Assembly: GCA_039096225.1 (NCBI GenBank)
Contig: JBBPEB010000027.1
Location: forward strand, 992,001-1,056,000
Direction of reading: 5' to 3'
Length of the DNA: 64,000 bases
Origin: Blastocystis sp. Blastoise
Taxonomy: Eukaryota > Protista > Bigyra: Opalinata
Position numbers and translations under genes: made by a program. This document shows, piece by piece, positions 1 through 17,865 of this stretch. Every line of letters starts with the position of its first letter. Positions within the stretch are counted from its first letter, which is position 1. A model generated the notes under the pieces. It had not been told where the DNA came from, made no database searches, and saw nothing but the letters and a program-made list of their open reading frames with translations.

Positions 1-3000
1 AGATTCATAAAACGATAAACAGCTTTATACATTTTAAGTACATCTACTAATTTTGTACAATTCTTTTTAGCTTCTTCAAGTCCATTTTCAGATAATTGAT
101 GAATAGATAAATCTTTAAGAGGAAGTATATAATGTTTTCCATTCATATAATTACTATTATTATTCATAAATTGATAATTATGATCATTATTACAAAGAGA
201 CATAGTAAGAGGAGTAGAAAGAGAAGGCCAAATCATCATTCTATTAAATGATAATTGTTGTAAATCAATATAATTAGTTTTTCCTAATGAAGAAAGTAAG
301 GTATTATTTAATTGAATTTCTAAACTTAAAGATACATATAAAGCACCAGGTAAAACAATCATATTTTTTACTTTATGATCTTCAATATAAGAAAATTCTT
401 CTTGAGTTAAAGTAACTTCATTATTTAATGAAGAAGAAAGAGTAGGATAAGAAGGAACATTTATAGGAACTTGAATATAAACAGGTTTTTCAACAGGTTT
501 TTCAACTATTTTCTCCACAACTTTTTCAACTACTTTTTCAACTATTTTTACTTGAGAATTATTATTATTAAATGAATTAAAATTTGATTGATTTCCAGAT
601 AAAGAATTCTTACGATCTTCTTCTAATTGTTTTACATAATCTTTTCCTTTAAGCATTTCATCCCAAACAGGACCTCTATATCTCTTATTATGTCTCCAAG
701 GATAAGAAGGAACCAGAGCACGACAAGGTTTTACATCATATAAACAACTCCAATTAATATCTATACCTTGTACATATAAAGATCCTAATAATTTATAGAT
801 TTCATGAACATCATTAACCTTCTTTCTTAAAGTATTAAAATAAGGTTTTGTAGGTAATTCTTCTTTAATATAACTTCTTAATACAGAATGAGGATCAATT
901 TCAATAATTATATCACAATAAGGATCCATAAGATGAAGTGCTTTCATAAATTGAACAGTACCACGAATATTATGCCACCAATAATCTACATCTAAAGGAG
1001 TATCCACTAATGTACCTAAAGCACTACTAGCAAATATACATTGAGGAGAAGTAGTTTTTAATACAGGTAAAAGATGTTCATAGAATTCTTCTTTCATATC
1101 TTCCATATGGAAAGAATGATAAGCATGATTTATAGGTAATTTAACAAAGAAAATATTTTTTTCTTTACAATAAGTACCTACTTTATCAACAGCTTCAATA
1201 TCACCAGAAATAGTAACACTAGATTTTGTATTTACACCAGCTAAAGAAATATGTTCAACAAGATTTAATTCTTTTAAGATTTCCATAGTTTGAGTATCAC
1301 TAATACCAACAGCAGCCATAGCACCATATTTCATTTTTCCTTGTCCAGCAGCTCTTTCTACAGTTAATTTTGCAAGCATCATAGGATCAAAAGCACCTGC
1401 AGCTGAAGAAGCAACCATTTCACCAGTAGAATGACCCATAACAGCAGAAGGATGAATACCACAAGCATTTAATAAAGTAACTAATGATTGTTGAATTAAT
1501 ACAATACAAGGTAATACAATAGTAACATCCATTAAATAATCTTCTTTCATAGGTTCATCTCCAAATAAACCATAATCTTTCATTAATGATTTTCCAGATA
1601 ATCTTTGGAATTCTTGATCCCATTGATCAGCAGCTTCTCTAAATACACGGAAAGCACGATATAAATATTTACCCATTTCAGGATGTTGAGATCCTTGACC
1701 ACCAAAACAGAAACCTATACGAGGAGGAGTAGGGATTTTATCATTTTTAACAAAAGTTTCATTCTTTTCAAATAAATTATTTGAATCTTTTCCCATTAAT
1801 ACTTTTCTATATTTTTCAGCATGAGAATATTTAGAATAAGTTTGAATAGTCTCATATAATTCTTGTTGATTAATTTGAGTCCATTCTTTAATTTCTTCAT
1901 CAATACCTTCTTCATAATGACTACTTAAAGGTAAAACCATATATTCAGTTTTATGTTCATTTACATTAGAATGAACTTCTAAAGAAGAATCAACTTCACG
2001 TAAAACACAATGGCCATTAGCACCACCATAACCATAACTATTAACACCAATAAGACGAAGATGACCATTCGTTAAAGTAGGCATTTCATATTCTTCAGTA
2101 GGAAAACTAAGATGTAAATTAATAGCATCTATTTTAGGATTTAAAGTATCATGAGAAGCAGTACCAAGAATACGTTTATTATATAACATTAAAGCACATT
2201 TAATAATACTACCAATAGCAGAAGCAGTTTCCATATGTCCAATATGACCTTTAACAGAACCTACAAGTAAATTTTCATGTCTACTATTCCAAACACCTTT
2301 AGCAAGAGAACTACCAATACTATTAGCTTCAATAGGATCTCCTACACCAGTACCTGTACCATGAGCTTCCATAAAGATGACATCACCCATATCTAAATGA
2401 TTTTCTTTATAAACACTTTCAATAAGAGCAGCTTGTGCTTCTCCAGAAGGCATTGTAATACTCTTTGTTTTACCATCTTCATTAATACCAACAGCAGCTA
2501 AACTACAATAAACACGTTGATAATCTAAAATATGAGTAGATCGTTCAAGTAAAATACAACCAACACCTTCAGAACGAACAAAACCATTAGCTTTAATATC
2601 AAAAGGACGAGAAGTACCCGTAGGAGAAAGCATAGAAGCTTGACTAAATCCAATAAAAGGAATAGGACCAGCCATAACATTAACACCAATAACAAGAGCA
2701 CGATCACAATCTCCACGTTCTAAACAACGATAAGCTACATGTAAAGCAGTCATAGAACTAGAACAAGCAGTATCTAAAGCAAGAGAAGGACCATGGAAAT
2801 CATAAATATAAGAAATTCTATTAGCAATATTACCTAAAGTACTTCCTTCCATAGCAAAATGATTCATTTCATAAGGATCTTGAAACTGCATAACCATATT
2901 TTCTACAGCACCAGCACCTACAAAAACACCAATATTTGTTCCACGTAATTCATTAATCTATATATATATATAGAAAAATAATTATTATTGTTTAGAGATA

Positions 3001-3545
3001 TTAAAAACAAATAAAAAATAATAAACTCATATTTAAGAAAATAATTGTATAATTGATTCATATATTCTATTATGAATAATTTTGAGAATATTCTTGGTAG
3101 AATAATGATAAAATTATACATACATTTAAACGTGCATCAGCAATAGTTTCATAAGCAACTTCTAAAGATAATCTTTGTTGAGGATCAAGACTACAAGCTT
3201 GTTTAGGAGAGATTTGGAAAAAAGTAGCATCGAAATTATCAATATCCTTAATAAATCCACCACGATTCGTGATACTCTTTCCAGGTTCTTTATGTCCATT
3301 AGAACAATGATAGTTACTATCCCAACGATCAGCAGGAACTTCAGAAATGACACAGTTTTTGGTCTTTAATAAATCCCAAAATTGTTGAGGAGTATTACTA
3401 GAGTAATAAGGAATATAACTTTAATATATTAAGGAAGGGATAGGAAAATAAAAGATAAAAAAAAAGTGAAAACTTGAAAAACCAAAAAAAAAACATACCA
3501 GTCTCCAGGAAAACGACATCCAATACCAGTAATTAAAATAGACAT
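1..3545 (-). CDS. Type I polyketide synthase / FAS-like megasynthase, N-terminal part (KS-AT-DH...), 3' end outside the window
   Basis: Three exons (3545-3499, ~3397-3125, 2957-<1) splice to [26 protein letters not shown]...DPQQRLSLEVAYE... KS motifs: DTACSSS (~2754-2774), EAHGTGTGVGDPIE (~2330-2370), VKGHIGHMETAS (~2220-2255). AT motifs: FGGQGSQ, GHSTG (~1422-1436), HAYHS (~1114-1128). DH motif HKVKNMIVLPG (~345-378). Absent from the ORF track because the frame stays open to the window edge. Confidence 0.95.
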
Positions 3546-4929
3546 TATGTTCGAAATTACTTAAATAGTTCTATATAAAAGAATAATACATATAGACGTA
3601 GAGAAATGTGAATAAGACGATTGTGTTGAAAAAACGATTGAAAATATACAAGAAATGAATTGTAATTTCAGTAATTATTATAATTTTGATAGGTATAAGT
3701 TAACCTATACAAATAAAAAAATATGACTGATATCTAGAGAAATAAAACCAAAAAGATGATAGTACTGAAAAATAGCATAGCATTATTTTAAAACGACCTT
3801 GTTTTGGGAATATAAAAAGATGATTGGTTCTTTTTAATGGACCACCAATAGAAAGAGATGGTAGTCAACCCAGTCAGCAAATAAATTCTTGCGTTGTTAT
3901 ACAAAATAAACTACGTCTTAGGTGATTTGGTAGAGAAAATATTTTTTTCACTTAAATAATAAAAATTCCCATGGAGATATCCTTTAGACGTCATCAAAAC
4001 CAAATGGTCATTTTCTGAATGACAAAATTTTCTTTGCATCTTGTAACCAATTGGAGATTGATTCAAGAAACAACAGAAGTTTCAAGACAAAAGAGAATTC
4101 GATACATTGTCAACAACGTCTGTATAGATTGTAGATTTACTTAGAAAACAACAGTTGCTGTAATCATTAGCAGGCTTTCAGTGTGTTTTTGAAAGACAGT
4201 TTATTATTTGTTGAATTATTTTTATGTATATTATATTCTAGAAATTATTAGTAATTTTTTATTATAAAAAAAATAAAATGAAGTATAGATTTGTATAATT
4301 GTTAATTAAAATAGATGAGAAAATAATTTTTATAGTTATTGTTCACAATGTTAGATAGATATGCGAGATATTATCATTGAAACGATATATGAGTAACGAT
4401 ATCATATTAAATAATGGATATATTGTATATGAAAATAAAATATGATCTTCACAAGTCTTTGTTTGTGTAATGGAACTTGAAAAATTAGAATTATATTCAA
4501 AAGAAATTTGATTATTTTCCAGAGAAGTGTTTTTCAATGTGTATTTGTGCTTTTATGAAAAGTATATGAAGATAGACTATATTTGTGACCTTATATACTT
4601 ATCGTTTATATATTTAAAGAAGTTATTAACAAATAACTTTTTGATAAAGTGAGTAAAAGAGCAAACAAATTTATGTAAAGTGATCAGTCATTTTTAGATA
4701 TGATAATTCAAATGACAAAATACAGATATATGAATCATGAAGTAATAATCAATCATTGTTTGTTATATATATATTTAACCAAATTGTTAGAATAATAGAG
4801 AATCCTATATCGTTTACAACGACTAAATTATTTTTATTTATAAAAAAGTGTTCTTCAAACAGTTCGAAAACAAAATATAAGATTTTCTTAGTGTTTTCAT
4901 TTTGTTTTTATTTTAAAAGTATTTATTTT

Positions 4930-6629
4930 ATGGGTAGCTATTTAAGTGTTGAAAATTTCACACAAGGAGAGATTCCTGTGGGTATTATTTATTTAGATGA
5001 ATAATTGATCTTTATAGATGTACCTAATTACAATAGTGATCATCCACCTACTCCAAAGATTCCTTTTTGTGGTCCATCATTTCCAGAAATTAAACCAAAG
5101 AAAATATACAAAACGAATGCTTTAGTTAATTTGAATAAATCATCTGTATCTCTAAAGAAAGTATCAGAAGATTCAGATAAATATGCAATTTCTTTTACAT
5201 GTGACTTTCAAGTGAGTGGAACTGTTCAAATATATGCATTATGTCAAGAGACTATTGATGATAATTCTGTAACTGAGAAAATCCAGCTTATTTCAACAGA
5301 TCCTGGTATAGATATGAATATTTTTCTCAGATATTTATGTATATATATATATTATTTAGATGTTCAACGAACTGTAGGTATACCGATTTCTGTAGAAGCA
5401 GTATATAAATATATTATTCTTTTAAAAATCTTGTATATATATATTAGGGTAAGAATATAATAATTCAAGGAACAGAAGAGAATGGCGGGATAATTCATTT
5501 GGAAGATGTAAAATATCAAACTGTAGATACTATTCGTAATATATGGCATTTTATTGTGTGTATCTATTGAAAAATATAAGTGTTTTAAATTGTTTAGTGA
5601 ATATATTTGTGATTTATTTATATTTTTATTTATATATTAATTTTATTTATATTTATGTATATTTTTATATTAATGTATTTAGTTATTTATATTTATATAT
5701 TAATTTTATTTATAATCAATATATTCTTTACATTTATATATTAATATTCTTTATTTAATTTATAGTTTTACATGGAAATGATATAAATAGTGGTGTATAT
5801 GAACAATATTCATATTTCCAAGTGTTGTATATATATATAGCTGAAAAACTTATAAGAAGAAAAATAATAATTTATATAAAATATAACTATAATATATTTA
5901 TTAATAATTTATTGTATAGAACAAAGAATTCTATTGAAGCCAAATTAATAACTCAAAAAGTAACTCTTTATGAAAGAGAAGCGGGTATATATATATAGTT
6001 GTTCAATTAATGATATCCTTATAAAATTAGTATTTATTAAATAAGAATATATATATGATAATATAAGTAAATTAAATATATATATATATATATTTAGAAC
6101 AACTTAAAGTGTCTTCTTTTTTCATTTCGGAAATTTATGGATTAAAAGATTTAAATTCAGGTATATATATAATATTATTTATTATTATTTTTTATTATTA
6201 CCAATATATATTCAATATATTATTTATTCTTATTATTACCAATATATAATCTATATATTTTTATTATTATCAATATATATATTATTCTCTATATAGAATC
6301 CGAATGTGTTGTTTGTTTAACTAATGAAAAGGACACATGTATTTTACCATGCAGGTATATATATATATAAATCTTTTTCTATATATCTGATATTTCTTAT
6401 ATATATATTTCATATTATTATTATTATCTTTTAAATATATATTTTTACATGTTATTTCTATAGACATGTGTGTTTATGTCACAGTTGTGCAAATACATTA
6501 CGTCTTCAAAGTGAAAAATGTCCTATTTGTAGAACTTATATAAGTGAGTTAATTTATCTTTCTGTAACGCCAAGTCTTGAAGAAACAAAAAATGGACAAA
6601 CAAATATTGAACTAAAAACGGTTGAATAA
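4930..6629 (+). CDS. RING-HC E3 ubiquitin ligase, MGRN1/RNF157/LOG2 family (multi-exon)
   Basis: N-terminal MGSYLS myristoylation-like start; DAR2-like region (NALVNLNKSSVSL...; QKV...EIYG); C-terminal ECVVCLTNEKDTCILPCRHVCLCHSCANTLRLQSEKCPICR. All introns GT-AG; TAA 6627-6629. Confidence 0.88.
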
Positions 6630-7338
6630 TATATAAATTATATAAACAAAACTTGTATTTCATTTCTTCTATATTCATTGCTATGTATCTATAAAATTTT
6701 CTCTTTTATTATTGTGTATTGTTTTTATTTATTTGTGATAACTTTGTGAATGATGAATCTCGTATGTATATAATCAATATTGACAAATCGAATACGACAT
6801 AATTATAAAATCGTATAATAAAATCATTTCAAGAATCACTTCCTTTTAACTACAATCATTGAATAACAAAAATAAGTAAATGATTCTTGAATTGTGAAGA
6901 AAACTCTCAAAAGAATACAAACAAAAGAATTCTACATTCATTTCTTTCAGAGTATTATTTTAAAGTAGATTCTTTCTATTGGCTCTTTTTTTAATTCTAG
7001 CCAATTACATTCGTGGAACTCATGAACAGTTTTGAAATACTTTTTTTTTATCATTATTTGATTGTTTCTTCTTCATTTTATAGAGAACTAATTGAATTGC
7101 TACGAACTCTTGGTCTAAAAGTATGTAGATACACTATATTTCTTTTTCATAATACGTCTATTATCTTTTCAACATCCAATGGTTTCTTGTCATCCTTGTA
7201 TTTCTGATTCTTTTTTTCTCTATTCGTTATTATTCAAAGATATATTTATACAATCTTCGGAAAATAAAGGATTTATCTTTATTTATTTGCTTTACAGTCT
7301 CTAACTATTTTTTAGAATACTTCTTTTTATATATAGAT

Positions 7339-7713
7339 ATGGCACGTAAACGAAATTTAAATGATAATTCGAATGAAACCGATGAACATGGTGTATCAAA
7401 GAAACGTCGTGATACTGACGAGAGAATTTCAGAACTAGAAAAGGAAATATCAGAGATTGAAAATGGTACTAATAAAGACATTCAAAAGCTAAATGATTTA
7501 TTAACTAAAGATAAAGAAGAAAAATGCAGAATAGCAAAAACTGAATGCTCTATGAAGAAAGAAGTTGCTGAAAAAATGTATAGTTATGCTATTGATGCTG
7601 CTGAAAAGATTTATCAAGTATGCTTTTATTTTATTTATTAAAATTTATTTATTTATTTATTTATTTATTTATGTATTTATTTATTTATTTATTATATTAT
7701 TATATTATTATAT

Positions 7714-7744
<31 letters not shown>

Positions 7745-8760
7745 TTTTTTTATTTATTATAATATATTATATTATTATTAAATTTATAATTATTGTATAT
7801 ATGTTCTATTATTTTATATATATTCTTTTTAACTACATAGAATGACCTTGAAGAAGGGAAAAAGAAACTTATTGAAGAAATAAAAGGTAAAATACATCAA
7901 TATGAAGATGGCTTTCCAGGTATATATATATATATAATTCTATGATTCTATATGTTTTTTTATTTATTATTATCATACTTATTATTATTCAATAGTTTTC
8001 AATACTATTTATACTGTTATTTTTATTGTTTTAATTCCTTTTATATATATTTATATATTTATGTCTTTATTATATATATATGTAGAAACAAGAATGAGTA
8101 GACGTCATCCCCGTACAAAACAAGATATTAAAATGGATATTCACGCTAAACAAAAGAAAGGCATATACATATAGTTTTTATTTTGTATATATGTCATTTA
8201 AAGAATAGTTATATATTATAGTAGATAATATTATAAACAATATATATATATATATAGAAGAGCCAACATTAACTTTAGGTGTTGATGAAGAAACAGCTTC
8301 TAATGATCTTTGCTTATTAAATAAAGAATATCAAGAAAGACAATCTGAATATGATATAGGTATATATATATATATTTGTATATATGATTATTATAATATT
8401 ATTTATGATATTTTTAATATCTATATATATATTTTATCATTAGAATATTGTAACTTTAAATTTAAATATCAATATATATAATATATATATAATATATATA
8501 ATATATATAGATCCTGTTTTTGTTGTAGCTCCTTTGTCAAGTGAAATATTATTATATGACAATATAGAAATAAAAGTAGGAACTACTCTTATTATTAAGA
8601 AAGAAGAAGAAGGTATGTAATATATATATATATATATATTTTGTTATATATATATTATATTTTATAAAATTTAAATATAATGAATATAATATATTATAGA
8701 TGATGAAAATAGAAATGATGATTTTGAGAAAGAAGGTGAACTTGTTTCTATTGATGATAA

Positions 8761-8803
<43 letters not shown>

Positions 8804-8929
8804 TAAATTCTTTAATATTATATCTAATTACCCATAATATAGTTAACATTCCGTACAAAAACAGTTAAAAAGTATAAATTAGAAATTGAAAAATTAAAAC
8901 ATCATAAGTATTCTTTACAACGTATTTAA
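7339..8929 (+). CDS. Sds3/BRMS1-like Sin3-HDAC complex subunit (7 coding exons, one GC-AG intron)
   Basis: Basic NLS-like start, coiled coil ELEKEISEIENGTNKDIQK...YSYAIDAAEKIYQ, then L-x-E-E-x-x-x-D-L and a C-terminal beta-rich segment, as in Sds3-like proteins. Probable 5'UTR intron 7121-7336. Confidence 0.55.
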
Positions 8930-9237
8930 TTAAAAAAAAACATATATATATTCTATTTTTCATATTATTTCTATTCTTCTCTATCATGTATTTTTTTTTG
9001 TGGATTTTGTAACTTTTTTTTTAAAATTTGAAAATTAAATTGAATTAAATTATTTAAATATTCATTTGGTTTTATTGATAAAAAGATGCATTCAATATGT
9101 AATAAATATATACAGAGACAAAAGTTTTTCTAAAAACAATATAAGAATGAATGACAATAATAATATAGAAACATAATATACATAATGAATAGCAAGAAAT
9201 ATACAATCAATATTAATATAGATATATATATATATAT

Positions 9238-10283
9238 TTAATCAAGTTGAAGGTCATGTTTTAAATTACGAAAATATTCCATATCTTCCGGATTTTTAGG
9301 ATCAGTGAATTCTAAACCGAATCCTTTTGGCGTCGAATTAAGATTTCTCTGACTACGTGTAACACTTCGATATACATGGCTTTGAAATACATCACTTACT
9401 ATACCTTGCTGATAACTATATTCATATTTAGAAAATAAATATAATGATAATAAAAAAAAATATATATAATAAATAAAATAAATAAAATAAAATAAAATAA
9501 AATTAAATTAAATAAATAAATAAAATAAATAAAATAAATAAAATAAATATAAATAAAATAAATAAAATAAATAAAATAAATATAAATAAATATAAATAAA
9601 ATAAATAAAATAAATAAAATAAATAAAATAAATAAAATAAATAAAATAAATAAAATAAATAAAATAAATAAAATAAATAAAATAAATAAAATAAATAAAA
9701 TAAATAAAATAAATAAAATAAATAAAATAAATAAATAAAATAAATAAAATAAATATAATAAAAACAATTAAAAGACTTACATTTCATAAGTATTTGGATT
9801 AGGAAATAATTTTTCTTCAAATGTTCTTAATTCAAACATATATTTAATATATTGAAGTGCGTTAATAATATTCATTTGACTTTCTTTCCAATCAGGTAAC
9901 AATTTCTTTAAATCTACAGTTAAAGTCTAAAAATATAATTTATAGAAAGCTAACTAATAATACATATATATTTAAATGAAATATATATATATAAAACAAA
10001 ATAATAAAAATACTTGAGTATCAATATAAGGATGAAACACGTCTGAAACGAATTGTACCTTAGGAGGTTCAGAAAGAACAGATTTTCTATTGAGTACTAT
10101 ATAAAACTTGAATATTCCACCTTGCCAAATGCCACTATGTAAGAAGATACAACAGTCCCAAACATATATATCATTCTCTCTGGGAATGGCATAAACACCT
10201 AAAAGCTTCGAAGAATACTCTTGAATAATTTTATATTGTTTAATGAGGGTAACAATTTCCTTTAAATCTGGTTGTTGGTTCAT
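9238..10283 (-). CDS. AKTIP: AKTIP/FTS-like catalytically inactive ubiquitin-conjugating (UEV) protein
   Basis: GVYAIP...WDCCIFLHSGIWQGGIFKF...PPKVQFVSDVFHPYIDTQ|TLTVDLK. UBC fold with Asp where E2s have the catalytic Cys. Three exons; TAA 9240-9238. Confidence 0.75.
9465..9755. repeat. Intronic (AAATAAATA)n-type 9-bp microsatellite
   Basis: Visible tandem array inside intron 2 of the AKTIP-like gene; source of the ILF/YLF-repeat ORFs. Confidence 0.9.
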
Positions 10284-10585
10284 GGAGTACGAGAGAAGAA
10301 GAAATACAGAGTATAGAAAAGAAAAGGTTGCTTATCTTTCAAGAAAGAAGCTCGAATTCAATATAAAAACGAATATGTTTTTTTATATACTATTCTTAAT
10401 TTTTCACTCAGATTCTAATAGATTCCCGTAAATATATCAATACTAAAAAACGAAAAAAGCAAACATCTTTTTAAAAATAAAGAATTCTTTCGAATCTGTT
10501 AAGAATTGAATTGTTTTTCTTGAAGAAATTATAAATATTTTTATTTTGATTTAAACAAGCCTTGTTTGTTGTGATTTAATTTATT

Positions 10586-14028
<3,443 letters not shown>

Positions 14029-14563
14029 ATATTATATCTATATCTACTATATAATTATTGCGTTTCTAGCTATATCTCAATGATTTATTTTATATATTTA
14101 TTTCATTCTTTCTTTCTCTGGTGATATCTCTTCTATCAACCTTTCATTTATTCTTATTTCACTTATTTAGTTCATTTCAATTGTATTTATAAATATATTC
14201 CTAACAAAATCGCTGTTCTTTGCTCATTTTATATTAACAAGGAAGACTATACTTTAATAACTATAAGAATGACACGACTAGGACATTATAACTTTTATAT
14301 ATGTATTCTAAAGATATATGAATACAATTTGTATGTGATCTATACTATTTAGTTTTTTATAAGCAGAATAGATTCTATCGATAAGACAAAAAAATATATT
14401 TATTCAACAGTCCGTATGTATTCAATTGTGTATATTTCATAATAACATATAAATAATACAAAATAGAAAAATATCAATAAACACGGAAATTTTTGTTTCT
14501 AGAGTGTATTATTTCTTGTATTCATAAATATTTTCTCATTTACTTAATCAATTATTATTGCTC

Positions 14564-15455
14564 ATGATGGAAGAGCCCAAGCAGAGACACTCCTTTTTTC
14601 AGGTTTATGTACCCTCTCCATCTCAATCAGTATCAGATACTTTGAAAAAAAGAATTATTGAGGATCTACTTCCTGAAATAGCAAACACTTTGAAAGATTG
14701 TAAAGTGGATAGTAATGAAAGACACATACAAAGAGATTTAAACAGAAAAGAAATTTTAAAGAAAAAAGAAAATGAAAAAATGAAGTTGCTAAACCAAGAT
14801 AAATCACAAATAATGCTTGACGATAAGCAAAAAAATAATCACTTAAGCTCAAAACCGATAGAAATAAATGAACAAGAATCAAGGAATCAAATTGAAGACA
14901 ATAAAGGAAGTATGGAACACATTATTATTAAAGAAAATGAACAAGTTCAATATCCTATATTAAAAAGAAAGAATATTCCTCCATATGTTATTGGATATAA
15001 TGAGTGCGTTCGACAGATTCAAGCTAATAATCTTCGTTTTATGGTACTTATGAGTGATGTAAAGTATGTTTTCCTAGTTATTTTTTTTTTTGAATTTCTC
15101 TATTTTTTTAATATAAAAAGAATCGTTATAACAATTATTATTTATAGACCTCAATATTTTTTAAATGATTTGATATTATTAGCTTATAATCAGAATATTC
15201 CTATTTTATCTTTACGTGGTTGTTGGAGAGATTTTGCTGCTGTTTGTAAATTAAATCGACTTTTATGTTTTGGAGTCACAAAAGTATAGATTTTTTTACA
15301 ATATATTTATTTATCATATTATTTATGATTATTAAATTAATATATATATATAGGATACTATTAATAATAAGAGTTTAAAAGGGACGATTACATTTATTGA
15401 GAATTTAATTCCACCTTTAAATATTCCTTGGATAAAAAAAAATCTAATTAAATAA
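14564..15455 (+). CDS. L7Ae-family RNA-binding protein, probable RNase P/MRP subunit (RPP38/POP3-like)
   Basis: YVIGYNECVRQIQ...FMVLMSDVK|PQYFLNDLILLAYNQNIPILSL...KLNRLLCFGV and C-terminal PPLNIPWI; 3 exons. Confidence 0.65.
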
Positions 15456-15694
15456 ATAAATATATATAATAATAATAATATAGATGGTTATGTTTCTTTT
15501 CTTTATAATTCAAATAAATACATGCTTCTATTGATGCGATGACTAGTTTAATATTAAATAAAGAATATATATAGAAAACAATAATAAAATATATATAATT
15601 ATTATTACGATTAAAATGTTATAAATCTAATAAATAAAAAAAAAAAAATAATCCATTCACTAATATAAAAAATAAAGTAAAATAAAGATAAAAC

Positions 15695-16912
15695 TTAACA
15701 TTGTTCTTCAAAATATATTTGAATTTGTGAAATAGATGAGAATTGACATATATAATGAAGTGCATTAATATGTTCTTGAGTAAAAGGATATTCATAATTA
15801 CATGTTTTATGAATAATTTGTGATATTTGTTGAACACAAGTTATATCACTTGATAATGTATAATTCATAGCTATATCTACAATATATTCAGAAAATAAAG
15901 ATACTAATAATCGTTTTATATAAATATCTTGATGAATACGTTGAATTATTTCTTTATAATATTCATCTTCTATTTTCTTTTGTTTTTCTATAAGTGAATT
16001 TGTATTTATATTTTGTCGAATTAATTTCCATTTTAATAAATGTACAGGCACATCACTAACGGGAACTATTCCTTGTAAATTAGAATCTATATATATATAT
16101 ATATATATATATATTAACGAGAAAAATGATGAGGAATATATTTTATGTATAATATTTATTTATAGATAGAATTATTAATATTATTAACGATTAATTAATA
16201 ATTATATAATATAATAATAACAATATAAATAAACATAATAACCCATATAGAATACTTTTTCTTTGAATAGAAGTTTTTGTTATATTTATATGTCCAATAA
16301 AATCTGATAATAATTCATTTTTCATTCTATCTACACAACCAAATAACTGAGGATTCTGATCACTGACATTCGATACAGTTGCATATATACTATTATATAC
16401 ATCTTCTAATGTCTTTTCAGAACCTTCCTGAATAATAGTAATAAATATGAATAAAAATATGAATAGGATTAATAGAATAAATAGAATAAATAGAATAAAT
16501 AAAATAAATATAGGTAAATATATGTAAATATAATAATAATAAATAGAATAAATGAATAACAAAAATAAATAATAAAAAATAATAAAATAAATGAATAATA
16601 AAAATAAATAAAAAAAAATAAATATAAATTGAATAAATACATTTGTAATAAGATTTTCCCAAGCGTCATCAAATACACCTGATAAACATGTATATAAATG
16701 TGTTCCGTTAACACTATCGTACGGAGGACAAGAAGCCATATTCGCAAAGTGTCTACTATCAGCACTTGTCATTATAAATACATCACGATTCTCAGGGAAT
16801 GTATCAAACATACTTCCACTATAACATGCCTCAAAATAAATAACTAATTTCTTATACCTAAATATAAAAATAAAAATAATGATATATATACATATAATAA
16901 TAATAATTTTGT

Positions 16913-16944
<32 letters not shown>

Positions 16945-17000
16945 ACAAAATATCTATATATATTTATCATTATTTCTTATTAAAAAAATATTATTCATAA

Positions 17001-17054
<54 letters not shown>

Positions 17055-17649
17055 TAGAATACCACATTTTATTGATAGTTGAAAACATTTGTTCTTTTGT
17101 TAATTCAGTTTTACCCACAGAAACAGATCCGGAACTACCATGATCCATATAATATAAAAATACATTATCATTTTCAGTACTATTTAACACTTTAGGATTT
17201 TCAATACCTGTAGCTTTCGTAACAGCAGCTGCATTATTCGTTAATATATTCATATAGATTTGAGCAGTAACATCCTTATCTTTATAATCAATAAAATCTC
17301 TACATTCAGCAGCAAAGTCTTCTCCTTCTCCTTCTGAAGGAGAAGTGAAAATCTTTCCAGGAAACGGATTCTCCTCAGAATCAAAATTATCAGTAAAGGA
17401 CATATAAATAATATGATCCTTATCAAATCCATTACGCCTTAAGATCTATTTATGAGAATTAAAAGATAGAAAACAAAACAAAAACATTTTTCGAAAAATA
17501 ATAAATACAGCGTATGCACGACAAACAACGGATGTAATACTATAGTTTTTGTATTTGTCAAATGCACTTAATAAAACAGCCCAATTGCTTGCTTCTACAA
17601 ACGAAAACAATAATAGACAAAAGATAATGAGTTGAGAAAAGAATCTCAT
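15695..17649 (-). CDS. Legumain-like C13 cysteine protease with signal peptide and C-terminal prodomain (5 exons)
   Basis: Signal peptide MRFFSQLIIFCLLLFSFVEA; NWAVL; ENPFPGKIF; catalytic dyad motifs YMDHG and FEACYSGSMF; LSAM-like C-terminus. Confidence 0.92.
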
Positions 17650-17865
17650 GTTACAAGAAGGAAAAATAAAAAAAATTAACAACAAGAAAAATATTAAATT
17701 AAAAAAAAAACAAATTTCTCTGGGGAACCATAACAAGAACCACAGTTCGCCTAATTTCAAGTAAGATTTGAACTACAAGGAAGTCTTTTTTCCCGCCTTG
17801 AAAACCTAGGAATACACATGAAAATGACTCTGTTGGGATAATATGTTTGTTAGGAGGGTTTTTGT

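Noticed and set aside
3780-4200. GC-richer patch between the PKS and RING genes as a possible ncRNA or small gene
   Set aside because: No tRNA/snRNA signature or credible ORF; CCAAT and GACGTCA motifs fit promoter sequence.
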